Source: a virus. Taken from it: a stretch of 64,000 nucleotides of DNA. Under the pieces are notes generated by a model. The model searched no databases. It saw nothing but the letters and a program-made list of their open reading frames with translations, and was not told where the DNA came from. Shown one piece after another: positions 1-9,033 of the stretch. The stretch lies in the IMG/VR virus record IMGVR_UViG_3300031991_000008, positions 1 through 64,000 of that record; one strand, written 5' to 3'. The number at the start of each line of letters is the position of its first letter. The first letter of the stretch is position 1. A program made the position numbers and the translations under genes.

Positions 1-143
1 GCGCGTGGTTTCGCGAGCACGGACTCGACTTCCGCGCGTTTCTGCGCGATGGCATTGAAGCCGACGAGTTGGTCTCGAAGGGCGACGCGATGGCCGTGCG
101 CGTTGTGGCGTTGAAGGCGAAGCGGGAGGGCGAGAATGGGTAA
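1..143 (+). CDS. 3' end of an upstream tail gene (partial; reads ...ALKAKREGENG*)
   Basis: Open frame running into the window start. Its stop (141-143) overlaps the ATG of the next gene. It lies just before a J-like gene, so it may be a tail-tip assembly gene. Confidence 0.35.
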   Translation, partial: AWFREHGLDFRAFLRDGIEADELVSKGDAMAVRVVALKAKREGENG

Positions 144-2556
144 GCAGAAGAAGCCCAAGATTCCCGTCACCGACTACACGTTGTCGGTTCACTACGGAAT
201 CTCCCTCGGCCCCATCGACGCGCTGCTCAAGATTTGGACCGGCGAGAAGATCGCGTGGGAGGGCCGTCAGGAATCGCAGGGCGACATCCTCATCCGTCAA
301 CTCGATCTCTACGGCGGCCCGAAGAAGGAAGGCGGCGTTGAAGGCATCGCGCACTATCTGCCGGGCGGCCAATCGCAAATCATCCCCGAGAAGATCGCGG
401 CGAAGTTCGGACTCACGTCTGCCACCATGCCCGCGTTCCGTGGTACTTCGACTATCTTCTTCCACGGTGACACGTCGGAAGGCGAAGACGACTCGAACTC
501 GACGTTCGTGGACGACAACATCACGCAATGGGCTTTCGTCGGCCGCTTCCCCATCCTGCTCGGTCAGCAGGGCTCGTCGCCGAACGGCGTCAAGGGAAAG
601 CCCGGCTTCTATTGGCAGTCGCAGAACCCGAGCATCAAGACGATTTGGGTCACGGCCGAACGATGCCCGCGCTCGCTCGGCACGTTGAACTCGCGCATTC
701 TCAATCTTGAAACGGTCGAAGACGAAAGCTCGAACTCCGAACTGTCCGCGCAGTACGACGGCAACCCGGCGCACATCATCTACGACTGCCTCACCAACAC
801 CGATTTCGGTATGGGCGCATCGTCCGCGATGATCGACGAAGCCTCGTTCTTGGCCGCAGCGCAAACGCTGTTCGACGAAGACTTCGGCGTGTCGATGCTG
901 TGGACGCAGCAATCGACGGTCGAAGCGTTTGTGCAGGAAGTGCTCGATCACATTCAAGCCACGCTGTTCGTCGATCCAAAGACGGGCCTCATCAACATCA
1001 CGCTCCTTCGCGCCGACTACGTTGCGGCCGACGCTCCACTGTTCACGCCGGATAACTGCGTCGTGCAGAACTTCGCTCGCAAGGGCGAGGGCGAGATCAT
1101 CAACGAGATCGTCGTCACGTACACTAACCCGCGCAACGAGAACGAAGTCACGCTGACGGTGAAGAACCTCGCTGGCATCTCGAACGTCGGCGGCATCGTC
1201 AGCGACGGCCGCAACTACTATGGCGTGCGCAAGAGCAGCCTCGCCGCGATGCTGGCGAACCGCGACATCCGCAGCGCCGGTATCCCGCTGGCGAAGTGCG
1301 AGATGATTACGTCGCGTGACGGGTGGACGCTGACGCCGGGCCAAGTCCTGCGTCTCACGTATCCCGAGCACGGTGTCGAAGAAGTTGTGTTCCGTGTCGG
1401 CGCCGTGAACTACGGCAAGAGCCGCGATGCGAACATCCGCGTCACGCTGACCGAAGACGTGTTCGGGTACGACCCCGGCGATTACGTCATCCCGAATTAC
1501 TCGGCCTGGGTGGACACGTCGCAGCGTCCGCTTGCGCTGCCGTTCGCGCAGATCACGACGCTGCCGTACTACATGGCGAATCAGATCGACACGTTCGAGG
1601 AAGGCAACGCATTCGTCGCCGCCCTTGGTGGCACGACGCAGAGCGACGCATTCGGATTCGACTTCCTGATCGAAACCGCGATGACGGACGGGTCGATGTC
1701 CTACGAACTGTCCGGGCTCAAGTCGATCTCCGGTCGCTTCCTGCTCGACGCCGATCTGGCGCAGGATGATACGAGCTTTGTCGATCTCCCTTCGGGCACC
1801 GTGAACTCGACGATCTTCCCCGGCATGTTCTTGTTCATCGGCGACGGTGACGAGGAAGAACAAGAGATCGTTTACGTGCGTCAGGACGCGAGCAACAGCG
1901 GCGGCGTGTGGGTGCTGGACCGTGGGATGCTCGACACCGTGCCGCGCGCGTGGCCCGAGGGCACGCCGGTTTGGTGCGTCGATCCTACGACCGTGTTCTA
2001 CGACAACACCGAACTCGCGATTGGCGCGGCCGTGAATTTCAAGATGCTGACGCGCACGTCGCTCGGCCGCCTCGAAGAAGACGACGCGCCGATCATCGCG
2101 CACACGATCCATGCGCGGCCCGAACTGCCGATCCGTCCTGCGGACGTGATGGTCGCTGGCGAACCGTGGGACGACGAACTCAACCCTGCGAGCATCGTGG
2201 ATGACTCGAACTCGGCCGGTGTGTTGGTCCCTGTGACGTGGGCACGACGCAACCGCGACAGCGAGGACTCGACGCTGCTCCGTTGGACCGATGGCGATGT
2301 GACGCCACCTACGGGGGTCACGACCACCATTACGGTGCTGGCGCTCGACCGCACGACGGTTTGGTTCACGCAGGACGGCGAGACGGGCACGAGCTACGGG
2401 CTCGATGCTGCGGAATTCGAGGGAGCCGTGGGCGTCGTCCGCGTGACTTCCAAGGACGCGGATGGTAATGAGTCATTGCAAGGCCACGAAATCAGCGTGC
2501 GCGTCCGTGCAGGGGGTTATGGATTTGACTACGGGTTCAATTACGGAGGCGTGTGA
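136..2556 (+). CDS. tail tip / host-specificity protein, lambda J-like N-terminal region (806 aa)
   Basis: N-terminus ...LSVHYGISLGPIDALLKIW... resembles the lambda gpJ N-terminal ...LSVIDAISEGPIEGPV... region. It precedes the fibre genes. It carries 3 SNS motifs (DDSNS, ESSNS, DDSNS). Confidence 0.55.
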   Translation: MGKQKKPKIPVTDYTLSVHYGISLGPIDALLKIWTGEKIAWEGRQESQGDILIRQLDLYGGPKKEGGVEGIAHYLPGGQSQIIPEKIAAKFGLTSATMPAFRGTSTIFFHGDTSEGEDDSNSTFVDDNITQWAFVGRFPILLGQQGSSPNGVKGKPGFYWQSQNPSIKTIWVTAERCPRSLGTLNSRILNLETVEDESSNSELSAQYDGNPAHIIYDCLTNTDFGMGASSAMIDEASFLAAAQTLFDEDFGVSMLWTQQSTVEAFVQEVLDHIQATLFVDPKTGLINITLLRADYVAADAPLFTPDNCVVQNFARKGEGEIINEIVVTYTNPRNENEVTLTVKNLAGISNVGGIVSDGRNYYGVRKSSLAAMLANRDIRSAGIPLAKCEMITSRDGWTLTPGQVLRLTYPEHGVEEVVFRVGAVNYGKSRDANIRVTLTEDVFGYDPGDYVIPNYSAWVDTSQRPLALPFAQITTLPYYMANQIDTFEEGNAFVAALGGTTQSDAFGFDFLIETAMTDGSMSYELSGLKSISGRFLLDADLAQDDTSFVDLPSGTVNSTIFPGMFLFIGDGDEEEQEIVYVRQDASNSGGVWVLDRGMLDTVPRAWPEGTPVWCVDPTTVFYDNTELAIGAAVNFKMLTRTSLGRLEEDDAPIIAHTIHARPELPIRPADVMVAGEPWDDELNPASIVDDSNSAGVLVPVTWARRNRDSEDSTLLRWTDGDVTPPTGVTTTITVLALDRTTVWFTQDGETGTSYGLDAAEFEGAVGVVRVTSKDADGNESLQGHEISVRVRAGGYGFDYGFNYGGV

Positions 2557-3536
2557 TGGCCGGTGAACGTACCCTTCCAGGCATTAGCCTGACGGGATTT
2601 TGGAATGCAGGAGACAACACTTGGAAGGCTGGCAACGACGCCAACCTGCTCAAGCTGTCCGTGCTCGTGCAACTGCGCGTGCTTTCGCGCGTGATCTTCC
2701 CGCCAGCCGACAACTCGAACTCTCTTGGTGTCGCTAACGGCGACATCTACATCGTTCCGGTCAACGACTCGAACTCCATGCAGTCGTCGAACTCTGTTCC
2801 TCGTCACAACGACATCGCCGTCTTCGACAATGGCGCGTGGGTCTACTACACGCCACTCAACGGCTTCCGCGCTTACGTGATCGACGAGAGCGCCTACTAC
2901 AAGTTCAACGGCACGACGTGGGTCGCCGATGGCGGTAGCGCGCTCAACATCGCGTACAACAGCGGCACGAGCGGCGACTCCAACTCGACCGAGACTAATG
3001 TCGCTGACGCGCTCGATGATCTCTATGAGCGCGTGCGCAACGTCAGCGCGGGCATCATCGACGCGAGCACCGTGAACTACAACAGTGGCGACGGCGGCGA
3101 CTCGAACTCCACCGAGACGACCGTGCAAGGCGCGCTCGATGACATCTACGGCCGCGTGCGCGCTGTTGAAGGAGCAGCCGGTGGCATCACGTTCGTCGTG
3201 CTTGCGTCCGCTGCGATCACGCTGACGGCCGCTGACGACAAGAAGTTTTACATGGTCGAAGACGACTCGAACTCGGCGGGCTTCTGCACCATCGGCATCC
3301 CGGCCGACTCGCTCGAAGATTTGCCGGACGGCTTCACGGTCTCGGCCGTGCAGATCGGCGCGGGAAATCAAGTGACGTTCGCCGAGATTCAAGACTCGAA
3401 CTCGCCGGACGATCTCGTGCTGATCTATCCGGCCGACATGCAGCCGCGAACGCGCGGGCAGAACTCGGTCATTACGGCGCTCAAGACGAGCGTCGCAAAT
3501 CGTTGGTTGGTCTTCGGCGACTTGGAGCCGGTGTAA
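2556..3536 (+). CDS. DUF2793-like tail fibre / head spike protein (327 aa)
   Basis: ...LVQLRVLSRVIFPPA...GDIYIV...NGAWVYY..W matches the DUF2793 consensus (LDalvqlaVl..PP..G.rYIV..Ga.W) seen in GTA head spikes and alphaproteobacterial phage fibres. It has six DSNS-type insertions. Its start overlaps the previous stop (TGATG). Confidence 0.55.
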   Translation: MAGERTLPGISLTGFWNAGDNTWKAGNDANLLKLSVLVQLRVLSRVIFPPADNSNSLGVANGDIYIVPVNDSNSMQSSNSVPRHNDIAVFDNGAWVYYTPLNGFRAYVIDESAYYKFNGTTWVADGGSALNIAYNSGTSGDSNSTETNVADALDDLYERVRNVSAGIIDASTVNYNSGDGGDSNSTETTVQGALDDIYGRVRAVEGAAGGITFVVLASAAITLTAADDKKFYMVEDDSNSAGFCTIGIPADSLEDLPDGFTVSAVQIGAGNQVTFAEIQDSNSPDDLVLIYPADMQPRTRGQNSVITALKTSVANRWLVFGDLEPV

Positions 3537-6265
3537 TGCACACGATTCACACGTTGCCGGGTTTGATCGCCGCAGCACGCTTCATCAACAGCGCAACCGA
3601 ACTCACCATCGGTCACGAGCTTTTCGACTTCGTTGGCGAAACGTCGATCTCGCCCGTCGTGCCTGCTGGCATGAACCGCTTGCTGCTCGATCTGTGGGGC
3701 GGATCAGGCAGCGTAGGAGCCTCGGGTGGTTTCCGCGGATCAGGCGGCGGTGGCTGGACGCACTTGGTGATCGACGTTCAAGAAGGCGATGTCGTCGAAA
3801 TCTACACGGGAGAGGGCGGCGGGACTAGCGTCGCGAACGTCGAAGGCGGCGAGGGCGGTTGGCCGGACGGCGGCAACGGCAGTCGCGCCGGAAGCATCGT
3901 GGGCGGTGGCGGTGGCGGTTCCTCGCGCGTCTACGTCAACGGCACGCTCGTCGCTATCGCTGGCGGCGGTGCGGGCGAGAACGGATCGTCGGGCACGCAG
4001 GGCAGCGGTGGCTCGGGAGGCGGCTCGGCGCCGGAAATTCACAGTGGCACGGATGACTTGACCATGACGCCCGCGTCTCAAACTGCGGCGGGAACGAACA
4101 CGGTCGATGCAAACGCCAGTGGCGCGGCCTTCCAAGGCGGACACGCTCACGGATCGAGCGACCGCTTCACTGCACTCGGCGGCACTGCTGGCGGCGGGGG
4201 CGGGGGCGGCGGATTGTTCGGTGGCGCAGGTTATCACGGCCGAGGCGGGGGCGGCGGATCGGGTTGGTCTATGCCCGTTGGCGGCGACTCGAACTCGCTG
4301 CTCGACCGCGAAGTCTATGAGTCCACGACGTTGAACGGCGTCGATACGGACGGCCAAGGTCGGCAAGCTCAAGGTTGGGATCGCTGGAAGGGATCGGGCG
4401 TCGAAGAAGGAACGGCCGCTACTGGCGGTGATATTCTCAACAGTCACAACGGTCGCGTTTCTGTGTGGGGCTTTGCGCCCGGTGGTGATGCGCCGCTTGG
4501 TCGTTTGCCGATCAACGTGACGGCCGAACTGTCGCAAGCGCTGGGCTCCGCGAACCGCATGGAGTTCCGTCAATACATCTGCCCGACCGATATGGTCATC
4601 GACGAAGTTGGGTTCTTCACGACGAACACGCTCGACTCGAACAGCGCAGTCGCAAGCTCTGTTCCTGTGAGTGGCGGCCGTGTGTTTCTCTACAACGACG
4701 CGGGTCTCGCAAACTCTGCGGGCGCCTTGCTCGGTCGTTCGGCCAACATCACCACTATCAACGACGGCGAAAATTGGTTCGCTCTCAATCAAACGTACTA
4801 CGCTCGACGCGGTGAAATTCTGTGGGTCGGCTACAACTTCGGAACGGCCATCACGATCTCGCTCGACCGCATCGCTCTTGCGTCCGGTCAATCGCGGCGT
4901 GCCGCGAGTATCACCGTCGCAACGAATCCGACTCCCGAGCAATTGTGGGGCATCACCAACTCTGTTCGTACCGAGGCTTATCCCGTTGCGGCTCGCGGCT
5001 TCGTGCCCACTACTGATCCCACCGATGACGTTGTGGTTGCGGTCGTGCCTTTCACGAATCCCACGAGCGCAGGCAGCATCGACGTTACCGACGATCTGCT
5101 CGGTTCTCGCGTTCCGAAGGGTGTCGTCATCGTCGGCGGTTACGCGCCGCCCAACACTGCGAACACGGGTTCGATCAACGTCGGGACCGGCGTAGCTTCG
5201 CGTGCATCTGAAAACCAATGGTGCATGTCTGCGAACCTCACGGACAACGTGTCGCTCTCTGACGGCCGCACGGATCAACGCGCGGGTTCGATCATCTCCA
5301 GGATGACGCCCGGCACGAGCGTCGGAGGCGGCGGACAGACGATGCGGGCAACCGTGTCGGCGTGGATCGCGGGTGGTGTCACGATCAATTTCACCGTAGC
5401 CGAGGCAACGCAGCGTCAGTTCTTCGCGATCTTCTTCGCGGGCGACGATCTCGATTGCGTTGCTACGCGCAAGGAAGATTGGCCGAGCGGTGTCACTCCG
5501 CAGGATCGTTTCGGATTCCCGCCTGACTTCCTGATCTGGACCGGCGAATTCTCGAACGGCGGCAACGGTGACGGCGATCAACTGTCGTCGGGCTACGCCT
5601 TCGGCATGGGCATCGCGCAAGGATCGGAACAAGGCTGCATCTGGCAACGGCAATCCGACATTCAAAGCGCGGCGAGTAACAACCCTGCGGGCGGCGCATC
5701 GAACACTCGTGTCGAAAAGATTCAGAACATCACCGCCACCACGTTCATCGGTGATCTCACGGCGCAGGGCTACGACGCGGACGGCTTCGAGATCAATGCG
5801 TCAGCCGCGCTCTCGTCCACGGACTCGCACTACTTGGCGGTTCGCACGCGCGGCGGCATGAGCGTTGAGTTCATCGACTTCACGACGCCGACTTCGACCG
5901 GCGTGCAGAACGTCACTGGCGCGGGCTTCCAACCGAAGGCCGCGCTGTTGCTCGGCCACTCGGCCGTTGCGTGGGACACGGGTTACTACAACGACGCCGA
6001 CGCGAGCGGATTCGGCATCGCTGCTTTCGATACGAATGGCGGCGTTTGTCTGTCGTTCTACAACTCGTCTGGCCCCGACTCGAACTCTGCGCTGACGGAC
6101 TGTGCATCGAGCGCGCACGACAACGAATTCAACATCGGTCGCGGCAACAGCGCCGAGACGTTGAATGCCGAATGGGATGGATTCACGAGCGACGGCTTCG
6201 ATCTCGATTGGCAGGCCGTCCACACGTCGGCGTGCCGGGGGCTCGCTCTCGTCTTCGGTTGGTGA
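3536..6265 (+). CDS. glycine-rich tail fibre protein (about 910 aa)
   Basis: Long GGxGG/GGSGG-rich N-terminal third, as in glycine-rich-domain phage fibres. It lies in the fibre cluster. TAATG start overlap with the upstream gene. 3 DSNS motifs. Confidence 0.55.
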   Translation: MHTIHTLPGLIAAARFINSATELTIGHELFDFVGETSISPVVPAGMNRLLLDLWGGSGSVGASGGFRGSGGGGWTHLVIDVQEGDVVEIYTGEGGGTSVANVEGGEGGWPDGGNGSRAGSIVGGGGGGSSRVYVNGTLVAIAGGGAGENGSSGTQGSGGSGGGSAPEIHSGTDDLTMTPASQTAAGTNTVDANASGAAFQGGHAHGSSDRFTALGGTAGGGGGGGGLFGGAGYHGRGGGGGSGWSMPVGGDSNSLLDREVYESTTLNGVDTDGQGRQAQGWDRWKGSGVEEGTAATGGDILNSHNGRVSVWGFAPGGDAPLGRLPINVTAELSQALGSANRMEFRQYICPTDMVIDEVGFFTTNTLDSNSAVASSVPVSGGRVFLYNDAGLANSAGALLGRSANITTINDGENWFALNQTYYARRGEILWVGYNFGTAITISLDRIALASGQSRRAASITVATNPTPEQLWGITNSVRTEAYPVAARGFVPTTDPTDDVVVAVVPFTNPTSAGSIDVTDDLLGSRVPKGVVIVGGYAPPNTANTGSINVGTGVASRASENQWCMSANLTDNVSLSDGRTDQRAGSIISRMTPGTSVGGGGQTMRATVSAWIAGGVTINFTVAEATQRQFFAIFFAGDDLDCVATRKEDWPSGVTPQDRFGFPPDFLIWTGEFSNGGNGDGDQLSSGYAFGMGIAQGSEQGCIWQRQSDIQSAASNNPAGGASNTRVEKIQNITATTFIGDLTAQGYDADGFEINASAALSSTDSHYLAVRTRGGMSVEFIDFTTPTSTGVQNVTGAGFQPKAALLLGHSAVAWDTGYYNDADASGFGIAAFDTNGGVCLSFYNSSGPDSNSALTDCASSAHDNEFNIGRGNSAETLNAEWDGFTSDGFDLDWQAVHTSACRGLALVFGW

Positions 6266-6268
6266 TCC

Positions 6269-7039
6269 ATGAAGAACGGAATTCCTTGGCGCGTTCGTCG
6301 AGCGATGGAAGCGGCTAAGCGCAAGAAGCCAAAGGCCACGCCGCGCTCGACGACTCGCAAGGTGCCGGAAGATCATAACCCGCACGCACCACGCGGAATC
6401 GTTTCGTGGGTTGACGCGCCTCGCATGTTCGACGGGAAGGTCGTCGCCATCATCGGCGGCGGGCCGTCGCTTAAAGGCTATGACCTATCTTTCCTCGCCC
6501 CGTTGGTAGGTCAAAACCTAATCGGCTGCATCGCCGTAAACACGAGCTACAAGATCGCGCCGTTCGCAAACATCCTGCACTTCGCTGACTGTGAGTGGTG
6601 GCGTTGGAATGGCGAGCACGTCATGCGGACGTGGCCTACCGACAAGATCATCACCACGGCGACGAGCGATGTGACGCATGTGAACTCGCCGCGCATCAAG
6701 CGATTCTGGCGCGACCGAAACAAGTTCTCCGACGAGCGCGCGAAGCTGCACGGATGGGATAGCGGCACCCAGGCCGTCAACCTCGCCTACCACCTTGGCG
6801 CCAAGAAGATCGTTCTCTTCGGGATCGACATGCAGCCCGCGCCGGACGGCGAGACGCAATGGCATCGCGAGCACAAGCGCGTGACCTACGTCCCGAATTA
6901 CGCGACGAAGTTCGCCCCGTCCCTTGCGGAGTCCGTGCGCCAACTGGCGAAGCGGGGCGTGACCGTAGTCCGGGCGACCGAGCCCGGCATCCCCGAGGCC
7001 CGGTTGGAGGCTGTCGAACAGGCCCTAGTCCTGCCCTGA
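6269..7039 (+). CDS. GT42 sialyltransferase / Maf (DUF115, MptE-like) family putative nonulosonic-acid or sugar transferase (256 aa)
   Basis: VVAIIGGGPSLKGYDLSFLAP matches the Cst-II/Maf N-terminal motif (IIAGNGPSLKEIDYSRLP). SGTQAVNLAYHLGAKKIVLFGIDM matches Cst-II SGVYMCAVAIALGYKEIYLSGIDF. It is a paralog of 42825-43430 (shared KPAPDG block). Confidence 0.45.
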   Translation: MKNGIPWRVRRAMEAAKRKKPKATPRSTTRKVPEDHNPHAPRGIVSWVDAPRMFDGKVVAIIGGGPSLKGYDLSFLAPLVGQNLIGCIAVNTSYKIAPFANILHFADCEWWRWNGEHVMRTWPTDKIITTATSDVTHVNSPRIKRFWRDRNKFSDERAKLHGWDSGTQAVNLAYHLGAKKIVLFGIDMQPAPDGETQWHREHKRVTYVPNYATKFAPSLAESVRQLAKRGVTVVRATEPGIPEARLEAVEQALVLP

Positions 7040-7093
7040 TCTGCCCAAGAGGGGGTTGCTCAACCGGCCGGGTCGCGCGTAGTGTCGCCCTGT

Positions 7094-7114
7094 TGATGGG
7101 CGGCGCTAAAGCCG
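7094..7114 (+). terminator. GC-rich hairpin GGGCGGC-gctaaa-GCCGCCC after the fibre/transferase operon (no clear U-tract)
   Basis: 7-bp perfect stem immediately downstream of the 6269-7039 stop. It is followed by an RBS-like GAAGGAGAAG and a 36-codon ORF (7132-7242). Confidence 0.25.
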
Positions 7115-7343
7115 CCCGAAGGAGAAGACCCAATGCTCGCATCCATCCAAGCGCTCGTGACCGCGCTACAATCCATCCCCGCCGCCGTGACCGCAGCGAC
7201 CGCCGCGCTCACCACGTTTTCCGATTTTCTCGAATCGGTGTAACCGCGCGAAGAAGATTTGGGCGAGCGCTCCGCGCACGCTCGACGGAATACTCGCAGC
7301 ACTGAATCAAATCGCGGCCCTCGGCCAAACGGAGATCAAGATC

Positions 7344-7532
7344 ATGGCAACCGATACGACCCTCACTTCCCTCGGCTTCCGCACTCGCACTGCGGGTGTC
7401 GTGTCCCACCAACAAACCACGAAGTTCAACGCCGAGAAGGCGAACGAACTCATCGCCGCGTTGACGGCGCGCGTGGCCGCGCTCGAAGCGTTCCAAGCGA
7501 GCGTGACTAGCTCGAACTCGCCGGGCATCTAA
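7344..7532 (+). CDS. small protein (62 aa) ending in ...SSNSPGI
   Basis: ORF with good GC3 bias. The C-terminal SNS motif is shared with virion proteins. Confidence 0.35.
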   Translation: MATDTTLTSLGFRTRTAGVVSHQQTTKFNAEKANELIAALTARVAALEAFQASVTSSNSPGI

Positions 7533-7630
7533 TTGGTTTGCGCGGGGAGCCACGAGCGGCAACCCGGATATGGGCAGTATCCCAGGTGTAAATCCTGCCC
7601 CGCGCACCAACTCATTTTTGAGGGCATGAC

Positions 7631-7861
7631 ATGTCAGATTCAAACAACGTCACGGTCGCCGGAGTCTCCGTCCCGAAGAAGGGGTGGAAGACCTACGCCG
7701 TTGCCATCGTCACTGGCGCGCTCGCTGCCGCAGCCGGTCTCGATTGGTCCGAACTTCTTTCACCCGATCATCTTCCAGAAAAGCTCGCGTGCATCTCTGC
7801 GGGCATCGCCTTCGCCCGCGCGCTCGTGTCGCTGTTCCGGGCAATGGGGAACAAGCAATGA
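7631..7861 (+). CDS. small two-TMD membrane protein, holin candidate (76 aa)
   Basis: Two hydrophobic segments (YAVAIVTGALAAAAGL and LACISAGIAFARALVSLF). It sits just upstream of the spanin pair. Confidence 0.35.
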   Translation: MSDSNNVTVAGVSVPKKGWKTYAVAIVTGALAAAAGLDWSELLSPDHLPEKLACISAGIAFARALVSLFRAMGNKQ

Positions 7862-7947
7862 CCTTTCTACTCTGCTTCGGCTCTTTCATCGGCGGCGTCG
7901 TCGCCGGTTGGTGGCTGGGGCGCAACCTGTTCTCGAAGGGATGACCA

Positions 7948-8259
7948 ATGGACTTCGTTCGTGATCTCGGCCCGTGGGTCGTACTGGCAATCTGCGTTGC
8001 AGCCGTCGCGGCTGCGTTCGTGTATCTGCCAAACAAGAAGATCGCCGTGCTCGTCGCGGCCGTGGGCGCCGTTGTCAGCGCATTCGCATTCGGCCGCCGT
8101 GGCGGCCAGAAGGACGTTCGTGAGGATGTCCGCAGGGAGACCGAACATGAAGTCGAACGTCAAGCGGAACGCGCCGATGACGCGCGTGTTGAGTCTGATC
8201 GCCGCAACGCTGATCCTGACGAGTTGCGCAACTCTGACGGATTCCGAAGGACCGACTGA
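7948..8259 (+). CDS. i-spanin-like (or holin-like) membrane protein with a highly charged C-terminal domain (103 aa)
   Basis: N-terminal hydrophobic segments followed by an E/R/D-rich tail. Its 3' end contains an embedded lipoprotein ORF in another frame, the classic Rz/Rz1 arrangement. Confidence 0.45.
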   Translation: MDFVRDLGPWVVLAICVAAVAAAFVYLPNKKIAVLVAAVGAVVSAFAFGRRGGQKDVREDVRRETEHEVERQAERADDARVESDRRNADPDELRNSDGFRRTD

Positions 8260-8386
8260 TCTTTTCTGCCGCGCTGCGCGGCCGATTTCATGGTCGGTCA
8301 ATGACACCGACCAAACGATCCGCGAAGTGAAGGCTCACAACGCGGTTGGTGTGGCACTCTGCGGATGGGACGCGACCGATGACTGA
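8147..8386 (+). CDS. o-spanin-like outer-membrane lipoprotein (Rz1-like), overlapped with the upstream gene
   Basis: Internal start MKSNVKRNAPMTRVLSLIAATLILTSC, giving a signal peptide plus lipobox L-T-S-C. It is out of frame within and beyond the 3' end of 7948-8259. The mature part is short and Cys-containing. Confidence 0.45.
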   Translation: MKSNVKRNAPMTRVLSLIAATLILTSCATLTDSEGPTDLFCRAARPISWSVNDTDQTIREVKAHNAVGVALCGWDATDD

Positions 8387-8690
8387 TCTTCTCTACAAGA
8401 CTCTCGACCGCATCGAGACCGCCGCGAACGACGCGCGTGCGGCATCGAACGACACGAAGCTCGGCCAAGCCGTGCTCGCGGAGCGCGTTGGGAATCTGAT
8501 CGAGAAGACCGACGAACACATCGAGAGAGACCGCCTCGTCCACGCGGCGCACTCCAAGGACATCGAACGCCTCAACGTCTGGAAGACCGAGTTGAAGACC
8601 AAGATCGCGACGTATGCGGCCATCGCCGGTTTCTTCGTCAGCGTGGTCGTGTCAATCGGCAAGGAAGCGCTCGCGGCGGTGTTCAACTAA
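8379..8690 (+). CDS. hypothetical C-terminally membrane-anchored protein (103 aa)
   Basis: ATG overlaps the o-spanin stop (ATGACTGA). C-terminal TMD IAGFFVSVVVSI. Possibly lysis-related. Confidence 0.35.
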   Translation: MTDLLYKTLDRIETAANDARAASNDTKLGQAVLAERVGNLIEKTDEHIERDRLVHAAHSKDIERLNVWKTELKTKIATYAAIAGFFVSVVVSIGKEALAAVFN

Positions 8691-8995
8691 TGGCTCGGCG
8701 CCTGCTCGCCGTCGTGGCGTGCTACGCCCTATTGTCGGTCACGGCCGTTGCTCAAGGCTACCGTGTTCCCGGCTTCCCCACCTACGTCTCGAACGTCACG
8801 CTCTGTGTGAAGCGAGACAACATCCTTGGCGACATCTTCGGCTGGCGCTGCCAGACGTTCTCGCAGCGTTGGGAAACGCGCGGGACCTGCTACGTCAGCG
8901 AGTGGATGATCGTGCGGATGCTGGCGGCCGATGCGAACGCCCGTGGATTCCACATGGGCGCCCGCGTTGAGTGCATCGCTGAATACGAAGCGTAG
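8690..8995 (+). CDS. secreted protein (signal peptide, 101 aa)
   Basis: N-terminal MARRLLAVVACYALLSVTAVAQG signal-like sequence. Six Cys. Confidence 0.4.
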   Translation: MARRLLAVVACYALLSVTAVAQGYRVPGFPTYVSNVTLCVKRDNILGDIFGWRCQTFSQRWETRGTCYVSEWMIVRMLAADANARGFHMGARVECIAEYEA

Positions 8996-9033
8996 TAAGT
9001 CGCACAAAAGGTACGACCTTCTCCCGGCAAAAC

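Noticed and set aside
3740-5665. 641-aa minus-strand ORF antisense to the glycine-rich fibre gene. Similar long antisense ORFs are 2541-3578(-), 12950-14998(+), 24530-25936(+), 35470-36321(-), 36347-37288(-), 45833-46996(-), 47102-48913(-), 48963-51839(-), 55246-58485(-) and 61893-63320(-).
   Set aside because: They are typical stop-codon-poor antisense frames of GC-rich DNA. They have Arg/Ala/Gly-rich low-complexity translations and no GC3 bias, and they overlap well-supported genes. Not annotated.
7948-8259. Alternative call of 7948-8259 as a class II holin rather than an i-spanin because it has two hydrophobic segments
   Set aside because: Not resolved. The embedded out-of-frame lipoprotein ORF favours a spanin pair, so it was annotated as i-spanin-like with holin noted as the alternative.
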